DNA of 64,000 bases, from assembly GCA_033763455.1 (NCBI GenBank), contig JANRKO010000019.1, positions 160,001-224,000 on the forward strand, given 5' to 3'. Below, in pieces: positions 10,723 through 19,050 of the stretch (positions within the stretch are counted from its first letter, which is position 1; every line of letters starts with the position of its first letter). The notes under the pieces are model-generated. The model saw nothing but the letters and a program-made list of their open reading frames with translations. It was not told the DNA's origin and did no database searches. Both the position numbers and the translations under genes were made by a program. The DNA is from Polyangiaceae bacterium (GTDB lineage: Bacteria; Myxococcota_A; Polyangia; Polyangiales; Polyangiaceae).

Positions 10723-10866
10723 TTCTGCCGTGACAGGGCAGTGTCATCCATGACAAGCATGCTTCCGGGACACAACTACCGGACATCCATCGGTGACTCA
10801 CGAGGAGACCAATGCACGCAGTGTTGCGCCGTTTTGAAGCAAGCTTCGCGGGATTCGAACCCGCGG

Positions 10867-10940
10867 CACACAAGGCAAGATTCGAACTTGCACTCTACTG
10901 ATATAGAATCAGCGGCCTCTACCTTTTGGGCTACATGTGT
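10867..10940 (-). tRNA. Atypical tRNA-like gene with CUA (amber) anticodon
   Basis: ACACATG TA GCCC AAAAGGTAGA GGC C GCTGA TTCTATA TCAGT AGAGT GCAAG TTCGAAT CTTGC CTTGTGT G: full cloverleaf, one U-U acceptor mismatch, U at 37, followed by CCG rather than CCA. Confidence 0.75.
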
Positions 10941-10993
10941 TAATTGGTTGCATACGGTTGGTCCTCTTGCTTTGAATATCGAGCCGGGAAATG

Positions 10994-11026
10994 AAAAAAG
11001 CCGCCGAGGTAACCCTGGGCGGCTTC
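10994..11026 (-). terminator. Intrinsic terminator / attenuator hairpin
   Basis: AAGCCGCC...GGCGGCTT stem running into a T6 tract; lies between the leader ORF and the tRNA-like array. Confidence 0.8.
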
Positions 11027-11050
11027 ACACAGAAACACTGCGTAAACGCC

Positions 11051-11179
11051 CTAGGGGGAGCCCCGAAAATCGCGAAAATTGCCGACTAAGCTGCGCTCGC
11101 GGCGTGCACCACAGACGAAAGCCATGCCAAGATTTGGCAGCTGTTGTGCTGTGATGGTGAAACGGTGGAAGTGCTTCAT
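11051..11179 (-). CDS. Putative leader peptide (42 aa; not in the ORF track)
   Basis: MKHFHRFTITAQQLPNLGMAFVCGARRERSLVGNFRDFRGSP-TAG; starts 11 nt after a -10-like box and ends about 25 nt before the terminator. Confidence 0.55.
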   Translation of the reverse strand: MKHFHRFTITAQQLPNLGMAFVCGARRERSLVGNFRDFRGSP

Positions 11180-11190
11180 GAGGAGGCCGC

Positions 11191-11218
11191 AGAGTACGGA
11201 TCTAGAAAAACAAGTCAA
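11191..11218 (-). promoter_or_regulatory. Sigma70-like promoter
   Basis: TTGACT-N16-TACTCT with an A-tract further upstream. Confidence 0.55.
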
Positions 11219-11304
11219 CACAATATCGCTCAGGCGTGTTTTTTTTACGAGGTGACGTTGCTCGCGATCCTCATTTCAAAGCTCCACCATGCAACACAGA
11301 GTCC

Positions 11305-11997
11305 CTAGAGGCGAGCCGTCCAGACGCGTTCAGCGCTGCCGGGGCGAGTCACGAACAAGCGCAGTGTTACCGGAGCCCGTTCACCCATGAGATAAAGCAC
11401 GCGGATTTTGTGCTCCCCGGGAGCCAGCGGGATGCTGCCCATCGCATTATGAGCCTTCCTGCTGTCGTCGTTGTTCACGACTTGGCGGCCATTAATCCAC
11501 AGGATGGCGGCGCCCTGGGTCTTTAACCGAAACTTATAGTTGCCAGCCGCCGAAACGGAGAATCTGCCAGTGTAGTTAATGGCAAACCAGTCGTAGCGCT
11601 CGGCGATTCCTGGGAAACCCGAAAAGTAGCGCTGAGCTACGTCCAAGCTATCCACGAACAAGCGACCTTGCGGGATGCACCGTTCAAGGCGCAGCAAAGA
11701 CACTGTGTTAGGCTTAACAAAGCACACTGTACCCGCGAGCGCTGCTTTGCGGCTGTGGCCAAACAAGGTGCTCCCCGACACCACAGGTACGCGACCACCT
11801 TTGTGACTCGCCCAACGCTCGCCCATGCCAGCGGGCGTGCCGCCTTGCTCGACACCGTACCCGTCCATTCTGTTGCGGCTAGCAGTTCGGATCCGTTCCC
11901 CCAACGACTGACCATGGGCCGCGCCAGCTAAGCTCAGCACTCCAAGTGCCACGCGACTCCCCCACTTCCACAACGTCCCGATCACCATGCGTTTCAC
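11305..11997 (-). CDS. Secreted PA14-domain protein
   Basis: Signal peptide; WFAINYTGRF..AGNYKFRL....GAILWING..VVNND and LAPGEHKIRVLY fit the PA14 pattern. Confidence 0.75.
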   Translation of the reverse strand: MKRMVIGTLWKWGSRVALGVLSLAGAAHGQSLGERIRTASRNRMDGYGVEQGGTPAGMGERWASHKGGRVPVVSGSTLFGHSRKAALAGTVCFVKPNTVSLLRLERCIPQGRLFVDSLDVAQRYFSGFPGIAERYDWFAINYTGRFSVSAAGNYKFRLKTQGAAILWINGRQVVNNDDSRKAHNAMGSIPLAPGEHKIRVLYLMGERAPVTLRLFVTRPGSAERVWTARL

Positions 11998-12151
11998 TTC
12001 ACTAGCACAAGTGCCCAGTGGACCGCGCCATCAGCTAAGACATGCTGTGGAAACAATTAAGCAAACTGCCCGAAAACCCTAGAGAAATCCTGACATTTCG
12101 AGTGCTGGTTTCCCTTGCTATGCCGGGAGCGGGCGTCTATCTCCGTGACTC

Positions 12152-13603
12152 ATGGATCTCAAACACTACGAAGTGGATCCGAAGAGTTACGACGAAATGT
12201 TCGACGCGAGCGGCGAGGTTCGGCCGGCCTATCGGGAACTTGCGCGGCGGCTCGGCGAAATGTCCGGTGAAGATTTCACCCGGCGGCAACGCACGGCAGA
12301 TATCTTGCTGCGAAACCAGGGCGTCACGTTCACCGTGTACTCGGACGACGCGGGCATTGAGAAGGTTTTTCCGTTCGACCCCATCCCGCGCCTGATGCCT
12401 GCCGAAGAATGGAGCCTGATTGAACGCGGCTTGATTCAGCGCATTGAGGCCTTGAACCTTTTCATTGCTGACATCTATGGGGATCAACACATCCTCAAAG
12501 ACAAAGTGGTTGATCCTGAGCTCATCTTAGGCGCCTCATTTTTCCGCCGTGAGATGATGGGGTTTAGGCCGCCTCGTGGGATCTATACCCACATCACCGG
12601 CACAGATTTAATTCGCGATGCCAACGGAAAATTCGTCGTCCTAGAAGACAATGCTCGGAACCCAAGCGGCGTGAGCTACGTGCTTGAATGCCGCGCAGTT
12701 CTGAAACGTGTCTTCCCGCTCTTGTTCGAAACGTACGGAGTGCGCCCGGTTGAAGATTACGCCAATTGGCTCCGCGACATGATGCAATTTGTAGCGCCAC
12801 GAGGCTCATCCAATCCAAGCATGGTGGTGCTGACGCCGGGCATCTACAATTCGGCGTACTTCGAACACAGCTTTTTAGCCCGCCAAATGGGTGTACCGCT
12901 CGTCGAAGGTCGAGATTTGGTCGTAAAAGATGGAATGGTGTGCATGCGCACGATTACCGGGCTGCAGCGGGTGGATGTTATCTACCGGCGCCTGGATGAT
13001 GACTTTCTGGACCCACTTATCGGTCGCCCTGATTCGGTATTGGGCTGCGCGGGGCTTTTCTCGGCGTATCGCAGTGGGGCGGTGACGCTCGTGAACGCAC
13101 CAGGCACAGGCGCCGTGGACGATAAAGCTGTCTACCCGTTCGTGCCGGACATGATTCGTTATTATCTTAAGAGTGAACCTATCATTGACAACGTTCCAAC
13201 CTATTTGGCAACCCGCCCGGATGAGCAGAAGTACATGCTCGAGAATATCCACGAACTGGTGATCAAACAGACCGACGCTTCCGGCGGCTACGGCATGTTG
13301 ATTGGCACGCACTCTACGGCAGAGGAACGCGAAGACTTCAAACGGCGCATCAAGGCTAAGCCCCGCTCCTACATTGGCCAACCCACTATCAGTCTCGGCA
13401 AACATCCCACAGTAATCGACGGTAAGCTGGAAGGGCGGTGCGTCGATTTGAGGCCTTATGTCCTTTATGGCGAGCGAATTTCGGTCATTCCAGGAGCCCT
13501 CACCCGGGTGGCACTCAGGAAGGGCTCTCTCGTTGTTAATTCAAGCCAAGGTGGTGGCTACAAAGATACCTGGGTGCTCACTGATAAGGGAGGCGCAGCC
13601 TAA
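12152..13603 (+). CDS. Circularly permuted type 2 ATP-grasp protein
   Basis: [55 protein letters not shown]. Confidence 0.93.
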   Translation: MDLKHYEVDPKSYDEMFDASGEVRPAYRELARRLGEMSGEDFTRRQRTADILLRNQGVTFTVYSDDAGIEKVFPFDPIPRLMPAEEWSLIERGLIQRIEALNLFIADIYGDQHILKDKVVDPELILGASFFRREMMGFRPPRGIYTHITGTDLIRDANGKFVVLEDNARNPSGVSYVLECRAVLKRVFPLLFETYGVRPVEDYANWLRDMMQFVAPRGSSNPSMVVLTPGIYNSAYFEHSFLARQMGVPLVEGRDLVVKDGMVCMRTITGLQRVDVIYRRLDDDFLDPLIGRPDSVLGCAGLFSAYRSGAVTLVNAPGTGAVDDKAVYPFVPDMIRYYLKSEPIIDNVPTYLATRPDEQKYMLENIHELVIKQTDASGGYGMLIGTHSTAEEREDFKRRIKAKPRSYIGQPTISLGKHPTVIDGKLEGRCVDLRPYVLYGERISVIPGALTRVALRKGSLVVNSSQGGGYKDTWVLTDKGGAA

Positions 13604-14520
13604 TGTTAAGCCGAGTTGCAGACGCCCTTTATTGGATGAGCCGTTACGTCGAACGTGCTGAGCACGCAGCACGTGTCCTCGAGGTCACACGCCGCATGTT
13701 GATCGACGTTGAGCCCCTCGCCCCTCAAATGGCCAAACGCATTCGGGACGACGCATTTCGCAGCTTGGGCCTTCCGGGCGTCGACTTGCACGGAGCCATC
13801 TTCGACGAATCAGAGCCTGGGTCTATCGCCTCCTCTGTCTTCAGAGCCCGAGAGAATGCTCGTCAGGTGCAGGAGGTTATTAGCTCGGAGATGTGGGGCT
13901 ATATCAACGAGACGCACTGGATGCTCTCGGAGGCCCGTCGGGCGGGGCCTTCGCGTGAGCTGCCAGACCTCTTGGGTGAAGTAGTAAAGGCTGGGTTTCT
14001 TTGGGCTGGGGTTACGGATGCCACTATGGGTCGCGGGCCTGGTTGGTTGTTTATTCGCCTGGGCCAGTTCGTTGAACGAGCGGACCGAACGAGTCGAATT
14101 TTTGCGGCACAATGGGAGGCCATCGAGGAGTTGAGTACTGAGGCCATCCACACCTCGGGCGATCACTTTGCCTGGCTCACATTGCTTCGGAGTTGCGGAT
14201 CGCTTGAGGAGTATAGGAAGCGGTACCCAACACGCATGACAGCACGGCAAGTGGCGGATTTTATGCTGCTAGACGACACCTTTCCGCGCACCGTGCGCTA
14301 CTCAGTCTCAGTTGCGGCCGAATTTTCAAAACGCTTAACCCAGTTCGCAAGCCCCGAACGCGCCCGCGCTGAACGCGCGTTTGGGAGAGTCGCTTCTCGC
14401 ATCGAATACACCACCATCGACGAAGTTATGGAGACCGGCCCAGCTGTGTTCGTGAGAGGCGTTGCAGAAGAGATCTTGCTGGCGACAGCCGAGCTCCAGA
14501 GCGCGTATTTCTTGCACTAA
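13603..14520 (+). CDS. Alpha-E domain protein
   Basis: [38 protein letters not shown] (ER motifs). Confidence 0.92.
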   Translation: MLSRVADALYWMSRYVERAEHAARVLEVTRRMLIDVEPLAPQMAKRIRDDAFRSLGLPGVDLHGAIFDESEPGSIASSVFRARENARQVQEVISSEMWGYINETHWMLSEARRAGPSRELPDLLGEVVKAGFLWAGVTDATMGRGPGWLFIRLGQFVERADRTSRIFAAQWEAIEELSTEAIHTSGDHFAWLTLLRSCGSLEEYRKRYPTRMTARQVADFMLLDDTFPRTVRYSVSVAAEFSKRLTQFASPERARAERAFGRVASRIEYTTIDEVMETGPAVFVRGVAEEILLATAELQSAYFLH

Positions 14521-14529
14521 CGAGGACCC

Positions 14530-15549
14530 ATGCTGCTGTTCATCAAACACCTCACCGAACTCACGTATTCGGAGCCCATCACCGAAACGGTGATGGAAGT
14601 TCGCATGACTCCGCGAAACGATGCCCACCAAGTGCGGCGCGCGTTTCGCCTGGAGGTGGGGCCCAGCGCCACACCTTTCGAACACACAGATTGGCTCGGT
14701 AACCGCGTGCAGCAGTTCTCCATTTTGCCCCCGCACGATAAAGTCGTGATCTTGGCTCGGAGCGTGGTGGATACGCAGCCAAGGCACTCAGTGCTCGCAG
14801 ATGTGAATCGCGGGTCAGTGCCTCCGCTCGACCATCGAATCGGCGACTATTTGCGCTTCACCGGGCCGGTTGTGGACGTTCACAACCTCGACCGTTTGAT
14901 TCAAAATTTGGGGCTCGGGGCACCGGCGTCGCCTGAAGTTATTCTGCAACGAGTCGCGTCAAACCTGCGCGATCACGTGGAGTACCGTAAAGGCGTTACC
15001 ACGAGCGCCACGGCGATCGACAAGGTGCTCGAGCAGCGCGCTGGTGTGTGCCAGGATCTGGCTCACGTGGCCATTGGGATCTTGCGCAAGCTCGGCGTAC
15101 CAGCTCGCTACGTGTCGGGGTATTTCTATCGCGCGGATGGAAACAGCGAGATGGAGAGCCATGCTTGGTGCGAGGCGCACTTCCAGGGCACAGGTTGGCT
15201 CCCGATAGATCCCACCCACAAAACACTGGCGGGCGAAGGGCACGTTGCTATCGCGAGCGGTCGCGATTTCTCTGACGTTTCACCCAATCGCGGCGTCTAT
15301 CGCGGCAAGGGTGAAGAGAGCCTGCGCGTAAGAGTCACCGTGCAAGAGGTGCAAGAGGTACCCGAAGGCTTATTTGCCGTAGGCTCACCCGAAGTCGAGG
15401 TGCAGCCAATTGGAGGAGGCATGCTTCCCACCCACCGCGAAGCTCTCGAATACCAGCAAGAACAGCAGCAACAGCAGCAACAGCAGCAACAAGTACAGCA
15501 GCAACAGCAGCAACAAGTACAGCAACACCAATATTCGGCTGTGCACTGA
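14530..15549 (+). CDS. Transglutaminase-like protein with poly-Gln tail
   Basis: GVCQDLAH, ARYVSGY, SHAWCE, DPT, GRDFSDVSP. Confidence 0.92.
   Translation: MLLFIKHLTELTYSEPITETVMEVRMTPRNDAHQVRRAFRLEVGPSATPFEHTDWLGNRVQQFSILPPHDKVVILARSVVDTQPRHSVLADVNRGSVPPLDHRIGDYLRFTGPVVDVHNLDRLIQNLGLGAPASPEVILQRVASNLRDHVEYRKGVTTSATAIDKVLEQRAGVCQDLAHVAIGILRKLGVPARYVSGYFYRADGNSEMESHAWCEAHFQGTGWLPIDPTHKTLAGEGHVAIASGRDFSDVSPNRGVYRGKGEESLRVRVTVQEVQEVPEGLFAVGSPEVEVQPIGGGMLPTHREALEYQQEQQQQQQQQQQVQQQQQQQVQQHQYSAVH
15454..15531 (+). repeat. CAG/CAA trinucleotide tract encoding a polyQ tail
   Basis: Encodes QQEQQQQQQQQQQVQQQQQQQVQQHQ. Confidence 0.9.
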
Positions 15550-15559
15550 GCCTTATCCC

Positions 15560-18500
15560 ATGGCCATTCGAGTTCGTCTCAGTCATCAAACGCGTTACCG
15601 TTACGACAAGCCCATTAACCTGGGCCCACAAACGGTTCGCCTCCGACCAGCACCCCACAACCGCACGCCCCTACACACGTATGGGCTTCACATCGAACCC
15701 AAGGGCCACTTTCTCAATTGGCAGCAGGATCCTTACGGCAATTATCTGGCAAGGCTGGTTTTCCCAGAAAAGGTAGACCATTTTGAAGTCACCGTCGATT
15801 TGGTCGCCGATCTTGAGGCGTACAATCCGTTTGATTTTTTCGTCGAGCCAGAAGCCGAGAATTTCCCTTTCAGCTACGAGCCCACACTTAAAAAAGAGCT
15901 AGAGCCCTATCTAGAGCAAGACCCCCTAACGCCCGCCCTCGCAGCTTTCATCGACAGTTTGAACAAGACACCGCGGAGAGTTAACGATTTCCTTGTAGAA
16001 ACGAACCGCGCTGTAAATGAGGCCGTTAGCTACATTATTCGCCTGGAGCCGGGCGTCCAAAGTCCCGAAGAAACGCTCACTCTGGCCAAGGGCTCGTGTC
16101 GAGATTCTGCATGGCTATTGGCGGTGGTGTTGCGAAAGCTAGGCCTGGCGGCCCGGTTTGTTTCCGGATACCTCATCCAGCTCACGCCAGATCAGCGCCC
16201 GATTGAAGGCGCCCAGGGCCCGCTCGCAGACTTTTGCGACTTGCATGCCTGGTGTGAAGTCTACGTTCCCGGCGCCGGTTGGATTGGGTTAGATGCAACG
16301 AGCGGGCTTCTGACAGCCGAAGGGCACATTCCGCTCGCGTGTTCCCCAAGCCCAGGTTCTGCGGCACCCATTTCGGGGCTGTTGGATGAAGCCGAAACCG
16401 ATTTCAGCCATCACATGTTTGTGGAACGCGTGGTGGACGTTCCCCGCGTCACCAAACCCTATACCGATGAAGAGTGGGCCGCCGTTGAGAAGTTCGGCAC
16501 CAAGGTGGATGAGCATCTAACGCGCTCAGACGTTCGCCTCACCGTAGGGGGTGAGCCCACCTTTGTGAGCACCGAATACCCGGATGACGCCGAATGGAAC
16601 ACGGACGCCCTTGGTAAAAATAAGGAAGGCCTTGCCGATAAGCTGATTCGCCGTTTGCGGAGCGACTGGTATCCCAAAAGCGCCCTCTACCATGCGCAGG
16701 GCAAGTGGTACCCGGGTGAGCCTTTGCCGCGGTGGGCTATTTCCTGCTTCTTTCGCACCGACGGCGTGCCCGTTTGGAATGATCCTGCGCTTATAGCCGA
16801 TACCAACAAGAGCTACGACCACGGGCCCAAAGAGGCCGAAGCCTTCGCAAAGCGTTTGATCGAGAATCTCGGGCTCGAGCGCCACGGCCTGATGCCAGCG
16901 TTTGAGGATGCTTGGTACTACATGTGGCGCGCGCGGCGTTTACCTGTAAACGTGATGCCGCTCGATAATCGCGTGGATGATGAGGTGGAGCGCGAGCGAA
17001 TAGCGGCCGTATTCAACCAAAAGCTATCCAGCGTGGTGGGCTATGTGCTCCCCCTGACGTATTGGGGTGGTTGGCGCAGTGGGTCTTTTTTCCTCAAAGA
17101 TGAACGCTGCTACCTGCTTCCTGGTGATTCGCCGATGGGTTACCGCTTGCCTTTGGATTCCCTACCGTGGATCGCCCAGGAAGATTGGGACGGCAACATT
17201 CCGGTAGATCCTTTCGCGCGCCAGCCTTCGTTGCCAAAGGCCTTTCACTTCCCGTTGATGCCGGCGCCCGCGATGCCGGCGCCTATCCGCCGTGTGGTGC
17301 CTTCTCTGCCGAAAGCCGAAGTTGCGCCCAACGGGCAGCCAAAAGGCGCCGTTCCTTCACCTCGCGGCGCCGCCCCAGGCAGCACTCATGCCGCGCCGTT
17401 CACGTCACCCGCACAGTTCGAGTCTGCCACGGGCGTGGTGCGCACCGCTTTGTGTGTCGAGCCCCGAGCCGGTCGTTTGCGGATCTTCTTGCCTCCACTG
17501 GAAACGCTCGAAGCGGCCCTTGAGCTCATCGCCGCCATCGAAACAACCGCGGCGCAGCTGAAGCTACCCGTGCAACTGGAAGGCTACGAACCCCCGAGGG
17601 ATCCGCGGCTCGGCGTGTTTCGTGTCACTCCGGATCCGGGTGTGATCGAGGTCAACGTGCCCCCGGTCTCCAGTTTTGCGGCGCAGAAGCTCCAAACCCT
17701 CTCGCTCTATGAACACGCTCGCCAAGTAAAGTTGAGCGCCGAAAAGTTTGATCTCGACGGCACCCACATCGGCAGCGGCGGTGGCTACCACCTCGTGCTT
17801 GGCGGAATGACGCCTGAAAATAGCCCATTTTTGCGGCGACCAGATTTGCTCGGCAGTTTGATTCGTTATTTTCACAACCACCCCAGCCTCTCTTATCTTT
17901 TCTCAGGGCGCTTCATCGGCCCCACCTCGCAATCGCCACGCGTGGATGAAGGCCGCAACGACAGCATCTACGAACTCGAAATAGCTCTCCAACAGTTGCC
18001 GCAAAAGGGGCAGAACGTTCCACCGTGGATTGTGGACCGTGTGCTCCGGCACTTGCTCGCAGACGTTACTGGCAACACCCATCGGACGCAGTTCTGCATC
18101 GATAAGCTCTATTCCCCCGATAGCGCTACAGGGCGGCTCGGCCTCTTGGAGCTGCGCTCTTTCGAAATGCCACCGCATGCCCAAATGGCGGTCGTGCAAC
18201 AGCTCTTAGTGGGCGCTATGGTCGCGAGTTTTTGGGAGCAACCTTATCGTGAAGATCTGGTGTCGTGGAACACGATGCTGCACGATAAATTCATGCTCCC
18301 CTACTTCGTAAAGCGTGACTTTTACGAGGTGCTGGCCGATCTTGAGCGACGCGGATTCAAGCTCGATCGCCACTGGTTCGAGCCACATTACCAGTTTCGG
18401 TTCCCGTATATCGGGCACGTGGTTAAGGATGCTGTAACCCTAGAGATACGTGGCGCTCTCGAACCCTGGAATGTGCTCGGAGAAGAGAGCACTGGAGCCG

Positions 18501-18949
18501 GGACTGCCCGCTACGTGGATTCATCAGTTGAACGCTTGCAGGTACGCGTATTCGGTGCCACACCCGGCCGGCATATTGTGTGTTGCAACAACGTGGAGCT
18601 ACCGCTTGTTGCCACTGGCGTGGAAGGCGAAATGGTAGGGGGCGTGCGTTATCGAGCCTGGCAACCCCCATCATGCCTTCACCCAACCATCGGCGTTCAG
18701 TCACCGCTTGCGTTCGATTTGTACGATCGTTGGAACGGCGTGGCGATTGCGGGGGCCACCTATCACGTAGTGCACCCGGGAGGCCGGGCGGATGAGGTCC
18801 GCCCCGTAAATGCAGCAGCCGCGGAAAGCCGCAGGCTCGCTCGCTTCGAGGCTCGCAGCGTAGGCACCCGTTTGGTTCAACCGCGGCGCCTGGAGCCCCA
18901 TCCGAAGTTCCCATTTACGCTCGATTTACGCCGGGCTTGGCTAGCCTAA
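15560..18949 (+). CDS. Transglutaminase domain fused to DUF2126 (putative amidoligase)
   Basis: GSCRDSAW, DLHAWCE, GGEPTFVS, GKWYPGE, PDPGVIEVN, TLDLRR; start placed at MAIRVRL. Confidence 0.88.
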   Translation: MAIRVRLSHQTRYRYDKPINLGPQTVRLRPAPHNRTPLHTYGLHIEPKGHFLNWQQDPYGNYLARLVFPEKVDHFEVTVDLVADLEAYNPFDFFVEPEAENFPFSYEPTLKKELEPYLEQDPLTPALAAFIDSLNKTPRRVNDFLVETNRAVNEAVSYIIRLEPGVQSPEETLTLAKGSCRDSAWLLAVVLRKLGLAARFVSGYLIQLTPDQRPIEGAQGPLADFCDLHAWCEVYVPGAGWIGLDATSGLLTAEGHIPLACSPSPGSAAPISGLLDEAETDFSHHMFVERVVDVPRVTKPYTDEEWAAVEKFGTKVDEHLTRSDVRLTVGGEPTFVSTEYPDDAEWNTDALGKNKEGLADKLIRRLRSDWYPKSALYHAQGKWYPGEPLPRWAISCFFRTDGVPVWNDPALIADTNKSYDHGPKEAEAFAKRLIENLGLERHGLMPAFEDAWYYMWRARRLPVNVMPLDNRVDDEVERERIAAVFNQKLSSVVGYVLPLTYWGGWRSGSFFLKDERCYLLPGDSPMGYRLPLDSLPWIAQEDWDGNIPVDPFARQPSLPKAFHFPLMPAPAMPAPIRRVVPSLPKAEVAPNGQPKGAVPSPRGAAPGSTHAAPFTSPAQFESATGVVRTALCVEPRAGRLRIFLPPLETLEAALELIAAIETTAAQLKLPVQLEGYEPPRDPRLGVFRVTPDPGVIEVNVPPVSSFAAQKLQTLSLYEHARQVKLSAEKFDLDGTHIGSGGGYHLVLGGMTPENSPFLRRPDLLGSLIRYFHNHPSLSYLFSGRFIGPTSQSPRVDEGRNDSIYELEIALQQLPQKGQNVPPWIVDRVLRHLLADVTGNTHRTQFCIDKLYSPDSATGRLGLLELRSFEMPPHAQMAVVQQLLVGAMVASFWEQPYREDLVSWNTMLHDKFMLPYFVKRDFYEVLADLERRGFKLDRHWFEPHYQFRFPYIGHVVKDAVTLEIRGALEPWNVLGEESTGAGTARYVDSSVERLQVRVFGATPGRHIVCCNNVELPLVATGVEGEMVGGVRYRAWQPPSCLHPTIGVQSPLAFDLYDRWNGVAIAGATYHVVHPGGRADEVRPVNAAAAESRRLARFEARSVGTRLVQPRRLEPHPKFPFTLDLRRAWLA

Positions 18950-19050
18950 AGTTGGGTGCTTGAACGGCCTGGCACCTACGGGCACAACGCTAACCTCTGC
19001 CTCTCCCAGGCACCGCGAGCGCTAGGACCCACTCACGGCAAAGGACCCGT

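Larger units (their letters stand above)
10190..10940 (-). ncRNA. Candidate large structured RNA with several tRNA-like modules, 5' of slipin
   Basis: Three GTTCGAATC T-loops with paired stems, two clear D-arms, long-range helix 10371-10387/10603-10621, many local hairpins, no credible long CDS. Confidence 0.7.

Noticed and set aside
10867..10940. Pyrrolysine system or genome-wide UAG recoding
   Set aside because: The structure lacks tRNA-Pyl features, no pylSBCD is seen, and conserved genes in the window end normally at TAG (e.g. the JAB and DUF4920 genes); I noticed no internal ambers
10212..11154. ORF-track ORFs of 70-137 aa across the slipin upstream region
   Set aside because: No recognisable motifs; they overlap clear tRNA-like structures and a terminator
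15410..15559. Asn/Ser-rich N-terminal extension of the DUF2126 protein
   Set aside because: It is the polyQ tract read in another frame; the true start is likely ATG 15560
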